A stretch of DNA of 64,000 nucleotides. Source: Sphagnum compactum (Eukaryota). The stretch covers positions 35,640,213-35,704,212 of the forward strand of contig OZ234493.1 in NCBI GenBank assembly GCA_965153455.1. Reading direction: 5' to 3'. Both the position numbers and the translations under genes were made by a program. The notes below the pieces were generated by a model. The model saw only the letters and a program-made list of their open reading frames with translations, did not search any database and had not been told where the DNA came from. Shown here in pieces: positions 53,690 through 64,000 of the stretch; position 1 is the first letter of the stretch; every line of letters begins with the position of its first letter.

Positions 53690-54030
53690 CTAGTGTGAAC
53701 CCGGTGCATAATGCACCCATCAAGCTCCCCCCCGCCCGGTCCTTCCCATTGCCCACTCCGGTTCTTTACCCCGTCGACCCCCCCCCATCCTTCGCATTTT
53801 CCACTCCAATTCTTTAACCCGTTGATCCCCCCCCCCCGTTCCCCTGTTATATATAATTAACTTCCCGCCCCGTGCTGCCCCCCCCCCGCCTCGTTACCAA
53901 GCCCTGTCATAGAAAATGCATTGCCCGGTTCTGCCATAGAAAATGCAGAAGCCGGTTCTGCCATAGAATTGCAGTAGAATTGTCGTGTCAGACAGACGCA
54001 CGCACAGACGTAGTGAATTAATATAGTAGA
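53690..54030 (-). mobile_element. Non-autonomous Helitron, 341 bp
   Basis: On the minus strand it starts TCTACTATAT (54030) and ends CTAG (53690), inserted between A and T. A subterminal hairpin GGTGCA-TAA-TGCACC (53703-53717) lies ~10 nt from the CTAG. It forms a GC-rich island in AT-rich DNA. Confidence 0.8.
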
Positions 54031-54699
54031 TACAAAGGCCCTAAAAGAAAAAAATCATCAAAAAGATAGAAACAATGGCAACATGCAATGTGAAAAAGGA
54101 AAAAATAGAAATTGAATTCATAATTGCTCTTCAACTTCAAAAAATCAAACATTTAAATTTGAAAACCCACTTCCAACCCCAAATTTCAAACAATGAATAA
54201 CAACAAAGAAAATTTTAAAAATAAAAACAATAACCTATTTTGCATTGTTTTCTTTGTTTTGGCTTCCTCAATGTTCATCACTATTCTTCATTGTGTCATC
54301 TCACATTTTCCTCCTTTTCCTCTCACTTTGGAATAAATAAAAGGATTACAAATCTCTTCCAAATTAAGCCTTCTTCCATCCATACCAAATCTAAATATGA
54401 AAGTTAATAAACAAGAAATTTAAGCAAACAAAAACTCAAGAAATTGAAACAAACTAAGCAAACATAAACTCAAGCAATAATACAAAACTAAGGTAGTTTA
54501 AATATTTACAACAGCCACATCAAAATTGTAGCACATACTTGAAATTTGAGGACAAATCACACCTAGGGCAATCATAAACTCATGTTTTAGGAAGCGACAT
54601 GTTGTTTTTGGCACATGCCTTTTCCACTAAGTGGTGATAGCCCATCTAAAGGTAGCCTTGGTGACATGTCACAAATTTCTAGCACTCAACATTGGATTA

Positions 54700-55520
54700 C
54701 TAGATAGGATATTTATATCTAGCAAATGAATATGTGAGATACATAGCATCCTTCAACCTTAAGTTAACAAAATTGAAATAAGCATTTTGGGATCAAAGAG
54801 AACATGTTACATATGTCCAAAAACACCAACAAGTCTTTGAACATAAAGTAAGACATAAGGGATCAAACTCTTCCATGCTTGGACCACAATTAAATGGATA
54901 TTGTGATTCTTTGGGGATTGCCTATCATCATGACCTTGTCTACATTACCTATTATGAAGATAGTAGCAACAAATGCGACTTTTGTGGCCTCTAACAACAC
55001 AATATGCATGACCTCTGTCATGCCCCAACTCGAACTATCACACATGTTTTTTCGCAAAATTCTTCATTTTCAACAACTACAAGCTTGGGCTTTGGTTTTT
55101 GTAATTAGTTGACCATGGGGTGTCCATGAGCAAGAAGGTGAAAGAGCACAATGAATTGCATGTATTTACATTTATATTTAATCGGGACATCAACCAAAAG
55201 CTTGTTGAGAACAAAGGGTTGGTCATGAATAGTGTATGCACATGTTCATTCTTGGCATGCGTTGAATCCTTGTTGTAATTGTAAGAACCTACCAGAACAT
55301 ACATTTGATAGGTCTTGCATTTCCAATGGCCAACATCTTGAATCAAATTATTTAGTTTTGGAGCCAAGAGCTTCTCTTTCCCTTCCATGTTAATGCAAAT
55401 TAATTGCATCAAATTAATTGGTGCACTGAACCTTTGCCATCAATGACATTTTCAGCCCATGGTAAGTAAATGAGTAGTCCAACTACCTTGAAACTTTTTT
55501 GTTCCCTCTTATAATTTCTT
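54700..55520 (-). mobile_element. Degenerate DNA-transposon (probably hAT) N-terminal coding relic
   Basis: KEKLLAPKLNNL..GHWKCK..NKDSTHAKNE plus downstream decayed segments resemble the zinc-finger/N-terminal part of hAT transposases. Many disruptions. Confidence 0.4.
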
Positions 55521-58500
55521 CCTCTTAAGGTTTTTCTTTGTATGGTGGCTCTAGATTGCAATAAACAAGAAAAAAAGATGACATATTAGATCACAATGAG
55601 GATTTGAACAACAATAAAAAGTTGAAAATCAAAACCCTAAATACATTACACATGAAAGCTTGCAACAAAACAAAAATGAAAAATTTCAAAATAAGGAAAT
55701 TGGAAATTAAAAGTTCTTAGTTGAAGTTTCCTCAAACAATTTGTAGGTCAATTTAAATTTTGGGCTTTGAAATTTTAAGCATGTTGTGAACTTGGGTCAT
55801 AGAACCCCCAAATTTTGAGTTCCAAGATTCAACTCCTTAATGCTTGAATGCACATTGCACATTGGCAATCATTTTACTCTTGACTCTTGATTTTGAGTTC
55901 TTTTAGCTTTTTAATCTTGATTTTCAAATATTTTCAAATTGAAAATAAAACAATTGAGGCTCAAGCCTCAAACTTCAAAGAAACTTAAAAGGGTAAAACA
56001 AGTTATATATGAATAAGGATTAAAAGGATGAAACTAAGGAGTCAAAATTTAGAAGAAATATGTTTGAATTTGGAGTTACAAACTTGTAATGTGACTATGC
56101 ATAAGAAGAAACCATTAAATAATGCTTTTCAAAATGTTGAATTTGAAGCAAATAGGTTGCAAACATTTTCATTAACTCTTACAATTTCAAGTCAAATCCC
56201 CTTCTCATTATTCCAAATTGTTATCTCACATGTTATATCTCTTCAAGTTTCCAAATGGCCCCCTCCCAAGCCTTAAACCATAATCTTTCATAATTCATTC
56301 AACTACTAATTTCCAAAACAACATTGCAATGGGTAAACACATAAAGCAAATTCAATTTCACAAAATTGATGGTTCCACCAAATTAACAATACCTATTATC
56401 ATATTTATGCAAAAATCAATCTTATATATGTAGAATCCTTATGCACATAGAAATGTTGACAAATTTTTAATATATTTAATTTGTTGAATGCTTGCAAATT
56501 GCCTTCAAAGTGAGGTGTGATCACAAGGAGCTCCATAGTGATGGTAGTTCTTTTGGCGAATAGGCAATGGTTGGGGGAGAGAAAGTGACAATGTCTAGGT
56601 TTAAGATTTCAAAAAGATGCTAATGTTATCGCTTGGAGGCATTAGGTTCAAATGTACCCTAGATTATAACCTCAATTTCACAACAAGGATGTCACATGTT
56701 TAATTATGGGTTTACCTTTTAATGTTTTTTCACCCAACATTTAAGATTGGTCACTTCATTTTTTGAGAGATTCCATATTTTTATTGTTTCTACCAAATTT
56801 AAAGATTGGGGAGTGTTTAGGTGTTAAAGTTTTACACCACCTACGTCAAACAAAATGTTGTTTGGGGTATTAGATGATGGAATTTTTTTTCCCAACCCAA
56901 TAATTACCTAATTTTCTAATATGCACATATTTAAACCACCATACATTTAATTATATATTTTTGTTTGCATTGAATTTTGATACCTTACATTTATTTAATT
57001 TTTAAATTCTAGTACTTGATCAATAAGAAGGATTCTTTGAACATTCTTTTATAGATTTGGAACATATTGGGCCACAATATTTATAACCATAATGTATAGA
57101 TGAAGATAACATTATCGAAAACATTATTACAGATTTTCATTGGTTCATATATTTTGCAAACAAAATGTGCAACCTTGTATCATTGAGGTTTGATACCACA
57201 AATCTATAATGTACATTTTCTTTTTAAATTTAGAACCAATGTATGACAGGAAAACACAAGTAAGATATTTGAAGTTGGTGAATCATTAAGCACGGGCATT
57301 CATTTTATGGAAGCAATCCAAGTGCATTGTATGGTCACATTGTAAGACTATGATGTCATTTATTAAATGAAACAAGTATTGTGGAGGGAATGAACATATG
57401 ATTTAATAAACTATTCAAGATCCACCAACAAAGATTCCTTAATGAATATAATCTAATTTCATTTCACATAGTTTCCTTCACAAACAACTACCACCAAATA
57501 TTAAAAAGAAAATTACTAAGGATGTCAAGCATAGAATTTTGCAAAAAACTAAACATGTTATTTTAATCCATATATGGTGGTCATAGGAGGAGCACCTTGA
57601 AGCACACATGATTTTCAAATGGATGACTTCTCATCACAAGGGTGTGCATTTTACAAAGAGCAACTTGCAACCAACACATCAATATCTTGAAGAATGCATA
57701 AAACTATTTCTAACACCATTCAATGAAAGTTATCACATGTTCATGACACAATTTCCATTTTGTGTTAGGCATATGCAAAACAACATATTGGTGCTATTAC
57801 TTGAACCTACTAACAATTAATACCTAAAATATTTAATATGTATGGGTTTTTAAAACTTTTTAATACCAAAATTTAAAATATACCTTATATTAATTTTATT
57901 TTTTTTAATAACCCTATTGTATAATTAATTAAATTAAAATTTTTATCCAACAACTAATATACGGCACCTTTATTTCTACTCACATTTTTTTTTTAAATGT
58001 CAATTACAATGATTGCCCCCCTCCCTCCTAAGATTTAGATATTAGAATTGAAAAGATGAAATTTTTTAAACATAATTACCTATCTTGTTAAAAGATGTTT
58101 CAACCAGTTTATATTATTTTTCCCAATTTTTGTGATGTAGATAAATTGGTGATCATCTAAAGCCAAATTGGGTATAAAAATATGAAAGTTAAAATATTTA
58201 TGCAACCATGCTTTTGGCTATTTATTGGAACTTAATATAGAATCTAGCAATTTCTTTTTTTTAATCCGACATTTTCGACTAAAAAACTCCCAAAACACTA
58301 ATTTTTCACCATTATGATAACAAATTTTCCATTTGGAAAAAATTTGAACAAAAAAAAAAAACCAAAAAACCAATGGTTCAAACCTCAAACTCATATTAGT
58401 TCCTTTGAAACAATACAATTTTGTGCACCAGGCATCCCACCCCGTGGTTTTTACTAGTGTTGGGCAAGTACTTTGATATATGAGCCGAGTAATATTATAT

Positions 58501-59684
58501 AGTCATCATGTAATTCAAACAAATCCATCACAACCACATGCATTGCAAAATACGGAAATGCATAAATGACGCGCAATGATTTGGGCGGCATAAATGCTCT
58601 TTTTATCCATTTTCAAAAACAATTACCCTCTCTTTGGAAAAGGGTAAACTATGAATTTACATTAGTCGTATGTAGAATAAATACAAGGTAAGTCTGCAAT
58701 ATTGACCAGCTGGGGATAGGGTGCATACTTTATTTACTTTGGTATACACCCACACGTATATTGGGTTAAAAGTCTTGGCCACTCAATACTGATGTTTATA
58801 ACACACCACATTTGGTGGGGCATTTGATGGTTTCCTGAGTTTCACCCTGTCTTTCTTTTTTCCTGAGCGCCTCCACTACCGCTACGTAAACTTTCACTGC
58901 TCCTACCTGTACTACAGCTACTATAATTCCTCTCGAACCTTGTGCATTAAATGCTGAGATTCGCCATATCGCGGTCAGTTTCAGCATTTCATACTGAGAT
59001 TTCTTTACTTACCTAATTTTCAAACAAGCCTCATTCCAAAAATAAGAAGAAAAACACTAATTCAAATCCCTTTTTTTCAACCTAAAAGGATGCACTTCTA
59101 ACCAACCAAAACTGGCCACCTGCCATTTTGGCTACAATTTCACAACCAAAATCCATCACCACGTGGCAGTTACGACGCCTCCACGTGGCAGTTCATCACC
59201 TTCTGGTTCCTGTGTAGGTAGATAATGGGGAGTGATGTGGAGCTCACACGTGTTCTCTCCTGATACGTCCACTTGTCGACCAACCAACATAGGCCCTTCT
59301 TGCAGGGCTTGCAAAGAGCCGCCGCTCCCCCCCTTCCATTCCGCTCAAAACTGATCTCCTGTGCTTTGTGCTGCTTCAAGATCTTCATCATTTTTCGGGC
59401 CTGCTGGATCTCGCACTGAAGAATCGAGGAGAAATTGGCAATTTTGTTGCGAAGAAATTGTGCCAGACTTGTGTTTTTTCTTTTGGCTGTCTAAAAGATT
59501 TTGTGATCTGAAGAGTTAAATTCGATTTGGTACATTTTTTTTGTTTACTGGGTTTCAGGGATTTTTGAGAACAAGTGCGCAATTCGCTCTTGTACATAGT
59601 TTTCCTCTTTTTCTTGTTTTGAGCTAGAAGAATAATTCTGTGAGAGAAAGAAATTCGGGAGCTGCTTGCTTGCAGTAAGTAGTA

Positions 59685-61298
59685 ATGGAGGAAGAAGGTG
59701 GGATGTTACGTCTGACGAGTAAGGAGATCAGCCACGGTGGTCGAATCCCACGCAAGTTCACACAAGAAGCACAGGGAGCTGTGAAGGATATATCACCGCC
59801 TCTGGAATGGTATGGAGTGCCTGAAGCCACTCAGAGCTTAGTTGTAATCATGGAGGATCCTGATGTCCCTGACCCTGCAAATCCCATTGGAGTTCCGTGG
59901 GTACACTGGTAAGGCATGGTTCTTTCTCCTCTTCTGAGATTTCCTACACCACAGTAACTGTCATAACTGTAAGGCTACATCTATCTATCTATCTATCTAC
60001 ATGTGAGTTCAGTGTGCGTTCCTGTGTTGGTCTGGATACCTGCCGGCTATCACGAGAGATAGAAGGGAACGACTTTTGAACATACCAGCCTACTTTTCAA
60101 AACCTTCATACCCGTCTAGTCTTGATAATTGGCTCCAAGAGGCAGATATGTACCATACCAACACTGGTGCGTTCCTCATGAGAGTTAGGTTGGATACCTA
60201 TATTTGGCTGCTAAATGAACCCAGACTGGTGGGGATCGTTTTGGTTGTTTTGTTTGTGCAGGGTAGTGGTCAACATTCCACCCACATTGAAAGGTGCAGT
60301 GCATTAATCCTTAAGGTTCTTCCATTTCATTCTAGCATCTTCTTTGACAATTTGACCACTGATTTGAGATCTCATGAGCATTGTACCGAAGAACTAGAAC
60401 CCCAGTTCTGAATTGGGGAAAGAGTAGTGAGAAGGTTGCAATTAGGGTGAGAAGCTGCCATTGTGTGTGAGACTGATGAAGGGAAGATTGTGGGAAAATG
60501 CAACATGGAAATGTATGCTAAAAATCTTGGATTCTGATTTGTGGTGTTGTGTGATGATTGCAGGTTTGCCAGCAGGTTTCACTACAAAGGGGATAGATAG
60601 TGAAGAGGATGGTGAACTTGGGGAAATTCAGGAAGGGGTTAATGACTTCAAGGTGCCTGGATACAGGGGACCCAATCCTCCTTCAGGAGTTCACAGCTAC
60701 AGCATTAAGCTCTATGCTCTTGACACGAAGCTTAAAGTTGGCCGCAAGGTAAATGTTTCAAATTCCATTGCACATACTCTCACTAGCCCCACAACAACAT
60801 GCTTGATTGAAAATGCCATATGATGGATGTACTCAAGTTATCTAAAACCTCAAAGTTGACATGGATGCGTGTATTATATTTTCTCAAGGTCATTGATATA
60901 ATGCTGAATTTTTCTTCAACGAAAACAACATCAATCTTGGACTTCCCATGAGACCACTGTAGTAGATGAAAACAACATCAATCTGTGATTTCCCATGATG
61001 CAACTGTCTGATCTGTATCAAAGTAAATTGGTTGCAATTTTCAGAGTTTTGTCTCTTGATTATGCTACTGACTATGTATGTTTCTTTTGTGATGAATGGA
61101 ATGCAGCCATCACGAGACAAAGTCTTGGATGCCATGAGTGGCCATATTTTGGATGAAGCAGAGATTGTGGCAACTTATGGAAAGGAGAATTATGTAACAG
61201 GTCGTGACACCTACATTCCTCGGGATGCTCCTCATGGGGTTGGTCCAGGGCATCCAGAAGTGAAAGGTGGAAACCCAATGGGTCAATTACATCGCTGA
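59685..61298 (+). CDS. YbhB/YbcL-type (bacterial-like) PEBP / Raf kinase inhibitor-like protein; 4 exons, 210 aa
   Basis: Exons 59685-59908, 60262-60293, 60564-60748 and 61107-61298 with GT-AG introns and matching phases (633 nt). Family motifs: GGRIPRKFT, DISPPLEW.GVP, MEDPDVP, WVHWVVVNIP, EGVNDF..PGYRGPNPP.G.H.Y.IKLYALD, AMSGHILDEAE. Confidence 0.9.
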
Positions 61299-62001
61299 TG
61301 AGCACTGGAAACTTTTTACTTCATTGTACAAATACAGAAACTGATATGTTAAGTGTCACTATGTTCAAGGATTGACAAGTTTTTACCATGTATGATCGTC
61401 TAGCAGGAGTGGACTTGAATATTGAGCTTTGTCACAGTTGACAAACTCCTGCTACTATTTCTGCCAGTTTCAGAGCAATAACTCAACTCTTTGAACAATC
61501 TTGCAATGATCATGGGTTTTGCTATATTTCTTGTGTTGACTTCTTCATGATCTTATGCGGGAAGGTTATCGTTCAAATAATACACGCACCAAAAGTTTGG
61601 AGTTGGATTTCTTTTGCGCATTGAAATGTCCTTTGTATGTGACATATGTGCTTCATATCTATTTATGTAGCAAGGTAGTTTGCTTTGTTTTGTTTGTCAT
61701 GTTGAGATCTCACAAACCACAGCGCTTCATGCCATGCTCTTGGTATCTTTGGAAAGCTCTCAATGAGTAGGGGTCCACTGACTTGATTTGAGACTGTTTG
61801 GAGCTATGGTGTGGAAGCTATTGATTATTGAATCATTTTCTCAATGAAAACTAAATAAAATCACAATTGAAAACTTTATTAGAATTTGGGTCTATTCTAG
61901 AAATTCTACACACTCAGAAACATTTTGTGTGTGACCAGGCCTTTGTCTTAGGAGGCACTGAAATTGTTTCAGTAACTCTTGAACTACTGTTGCCATTTTA
62001 T

Positions 62002-62133
62002 GTTACTTTTGTGGGGTTGTTGAATGCATGCGCTAGAGATGTGCTTGAAGAAGGTAGGTTTGCCCACGAGCAGATCATTGAAACTGGATGGGATTCATTC
62101 ATGTGATCTTTCGCAGATGTGTTAGTGAGTAGT
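62002..62133 (+). pseudogene. PLS-class PPR gene fragment
   Basis: VTFVGLLNACA...LEEGRFAHEQIIETGWDS...DVLVSS resembles a single PPR L/S motif. It is interrupted by a stop and has no neighbouring repeats. Confidence 0.7.
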
Positions 62134-62765
62134 ATATGCATCATCAAGCATTCCAACAGTGCTTACTGCAGATGATCATGAACACACACTTGCTAGATGA
62201 CAAACAACTTCTAGCATTTTTGTGAACCCTAAAATCTGTTCAGTGATCCATCCTCGTTCTGTTTCACTATTTGATGGAGGTGGCTAGCTTTGCAGTTCTT
62301 TATCTAATTTTACTTGCAAGTCTTTACAATTGTTGCAAGCAGAGAATTTGTTGGGTGTCTTTTTTTGTTTTATTTTGTTTACTGTTTCTTGGTCTTTGTT
62401 CTCTGTTTTGTCTTTCTTCTTTGGAATTCTCTGTGGCTGGTTGAAGAAGTGTTAACCTCGATTTGCATTGACCTCACATTCGTGCCTTTTCATTGTGTCT
62501 CATCCTGTTCTCTTACATGCTATGGTTATTTTTTAGGTACAAGCCAAGCTTATTCTCAAGTATATCATTCCTGTCTTTCTGACTTGGAATAATAGATCTT
62601 TATTGCAATATGGCAAGAAAATATCCATTTTTAAAAAACTTGTGAGTACAACAGACTATTATAGTTGGTTGACTATATCAATTTCAGGTTATAATCCATT
62701 ATTCACTAAATTGAGATTGCTTCTAAGGTTTAAGTGATAATCCAAGGTTTGTGGAGGGTGTAATG

Positions 62766-62930
62766 GATATAGCAGGGAAAAGGTGCTTTAGTCTGGGCTT
62801 GGTGGCAAGATTTGAGCCTGCAATATGGGATCAAGGTGCTTGGATGTATTAAGTGGTCAAGTTCTGTACTTGGAAGCACATGCATTTGGCATTTCTGCCA
62901 CATGCATTGGTTGCTACTTTAATGGTGCAG
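62766..62930 (+). pseudogene. Decayed exon of a plant nitroreductase-family (SagB-like) gene
   Basis: DIAGKRCFSLGLVARFEPAIWDQGAWMY, then a deletion/frameshift, then GQVLYLEAHAFGISATCIGCYFNGA, ending at a GT donor (62931). It resembles the C-terminal part of the plant nitroreductase-family protein. Confidence 0.7.
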
Positions 62931-63134
62931 GTTATTTTCTCCCTTTCTACTTGTTCCCAACTTTGCGCCTTGAGCTACTTAAATCAAAGTCCTATGTGTA
63001 CAATATCTCTATTTGTGAACAATCCTTATATGGACCTAGATCAAGATTGCAATGCACACTGCTATAATTCAACTGGGAAAGACTTTTTTATTGTTTTCAT
63101 CTGCATGTTTACATTTTGGATGTTGTGAGAGCAG

Positions 63135-63955
63135 ATGAGGACAAATTTGTCATGCTTGTATCAGGGTCAAAAATTGGAGGAAAATCTACAAATCTTCTTG
63201 AATTGCAACTGCTTCTGGATCACTTGACTGGTCATCTTGGTGAAGAAGAGGTTTGATCTATGCCCCAAATCAGTTTCTTGAGTTCATTGAAATCACAATT
63301 CTTGAAGGTAGGACCATACATTGTAGCTTTAATTTGGCAATGGTGGATTGGCATATCTGCACCTCTTCTAAGTTTTGCCATGTATCAAACACATGGTCAT
63401 CATATATATATTACATGGGGTAGCCTGATAAGGGTTTTACTTTTATCACAGCAGTAAGTAGGGATGGGTGTTAGACGCTGGTCCACATGCAGCAGCTCGT
63501 GCGACAGGCTTCGCTCCAATCCATTGGTGCTATGGTAGGAATTGGCATATCAGCCAATGAAAAGTGTCATATACATTGGTATACAGTGGATATGGATGGG
63601 TTGTAGTGGAATCTTCAAAGGCATAACATGATTGTGGATTTGCTTGATAACTGTGAAAGATTGACCAGGATCCAAAGATGGATGGTGATTACAGGAGTAG
63701 ACTTTGAGTTGTCAGGTTATGATGTTGTCATTGCTAGAGGTTTTGTCAACTTGCAAACAAACTTGTTGAATGGCCAAGTGCGTTGAGAAACTATCTTTTT
63801 CTGCATCTTTTGTTTGGTTGCCTTTTTCTCATGGATTATCCTTCTCCAATCCCGTTGATGTAATCTCCTTCTTGTCCCTCATGATCTTTTTTGTTCTATC
63901 TAAACTTGTGATGTCATATAAAATCACCTTGCTTCAAAGAGCAAGAAGACTAATG
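63135..63955 (+). pseudogene. POLD2: Decayed exons of DNA polymerase delta small subunit
   Basis: Exon 63135-63250 (AG/GT bounded) reads DEDKFVMLVSGSKIGGKSTNLLELQLLLDHLTGHLGEEE. The next exon (~63695-63777) reads E*TLSCQV, frameshift, DVVIARGFVNLQTNLLNGQ. A remnant near 63922 reads NHLASK. The in-frame stop, frameshift and missing upstream exons indicate a pseudogene. Confidence 0.72.
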
Positions 63956-64000
63956 CATTGGTTTTGTGGACGACAGCCATTGTCAGCAGAGGAACAGGCC

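Noticed and set aside
58425-58458. Helitron 3' end (GC-rich stretch then CTAGT)
   Set aside because: The hairpin is weak and no matching 5' end was found.

Overview
AT-rich, intron-rich eukaryotic DNA from a land plant with flagellated sperm. A bryophyte such as a peat moss is my inference from gene content and repeat style, not a database result. Intact genes: (1) an 18-exon, ~802-aa WD40 axonemal inner-arm dynein intermediate chain (WDR63/DNAI3/IC140-like) on the minus strand at 22350-31384; (2) two paralogous secreted Ser/Pro/Tyr-repeat extensin-like genes on either side of it (14679-15257 and 34368-34793); (3) a 4-exon YbhB/YbcL-type PEBP gene (59685-61298). The most notable element is a 5'-truncated but uninterrupted Penelope-like (PLE) reverse transcriptase with Naiad/Chlamys-type features: a long insert between motifs A and B' and no C-terminal endonuclease. 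It lies in sense orientation inside a dynein intron (27384-~28530) and is followed by a hairpin-rich 3' region. The rest is transposon-derived or low-complexity: nested non-autonomous CACTA elements with TSDs, a Mutator-like MITE, a mini-Helitron, hAT and gypsy relics, a G-quadruplex-capable telomere-like minisatellite, and a cluster of unrelated decayed gene fragments (PPR, nitroreductase, POLD2) at the right end. Family assignments come from motif recognition by eye; no searches were run.
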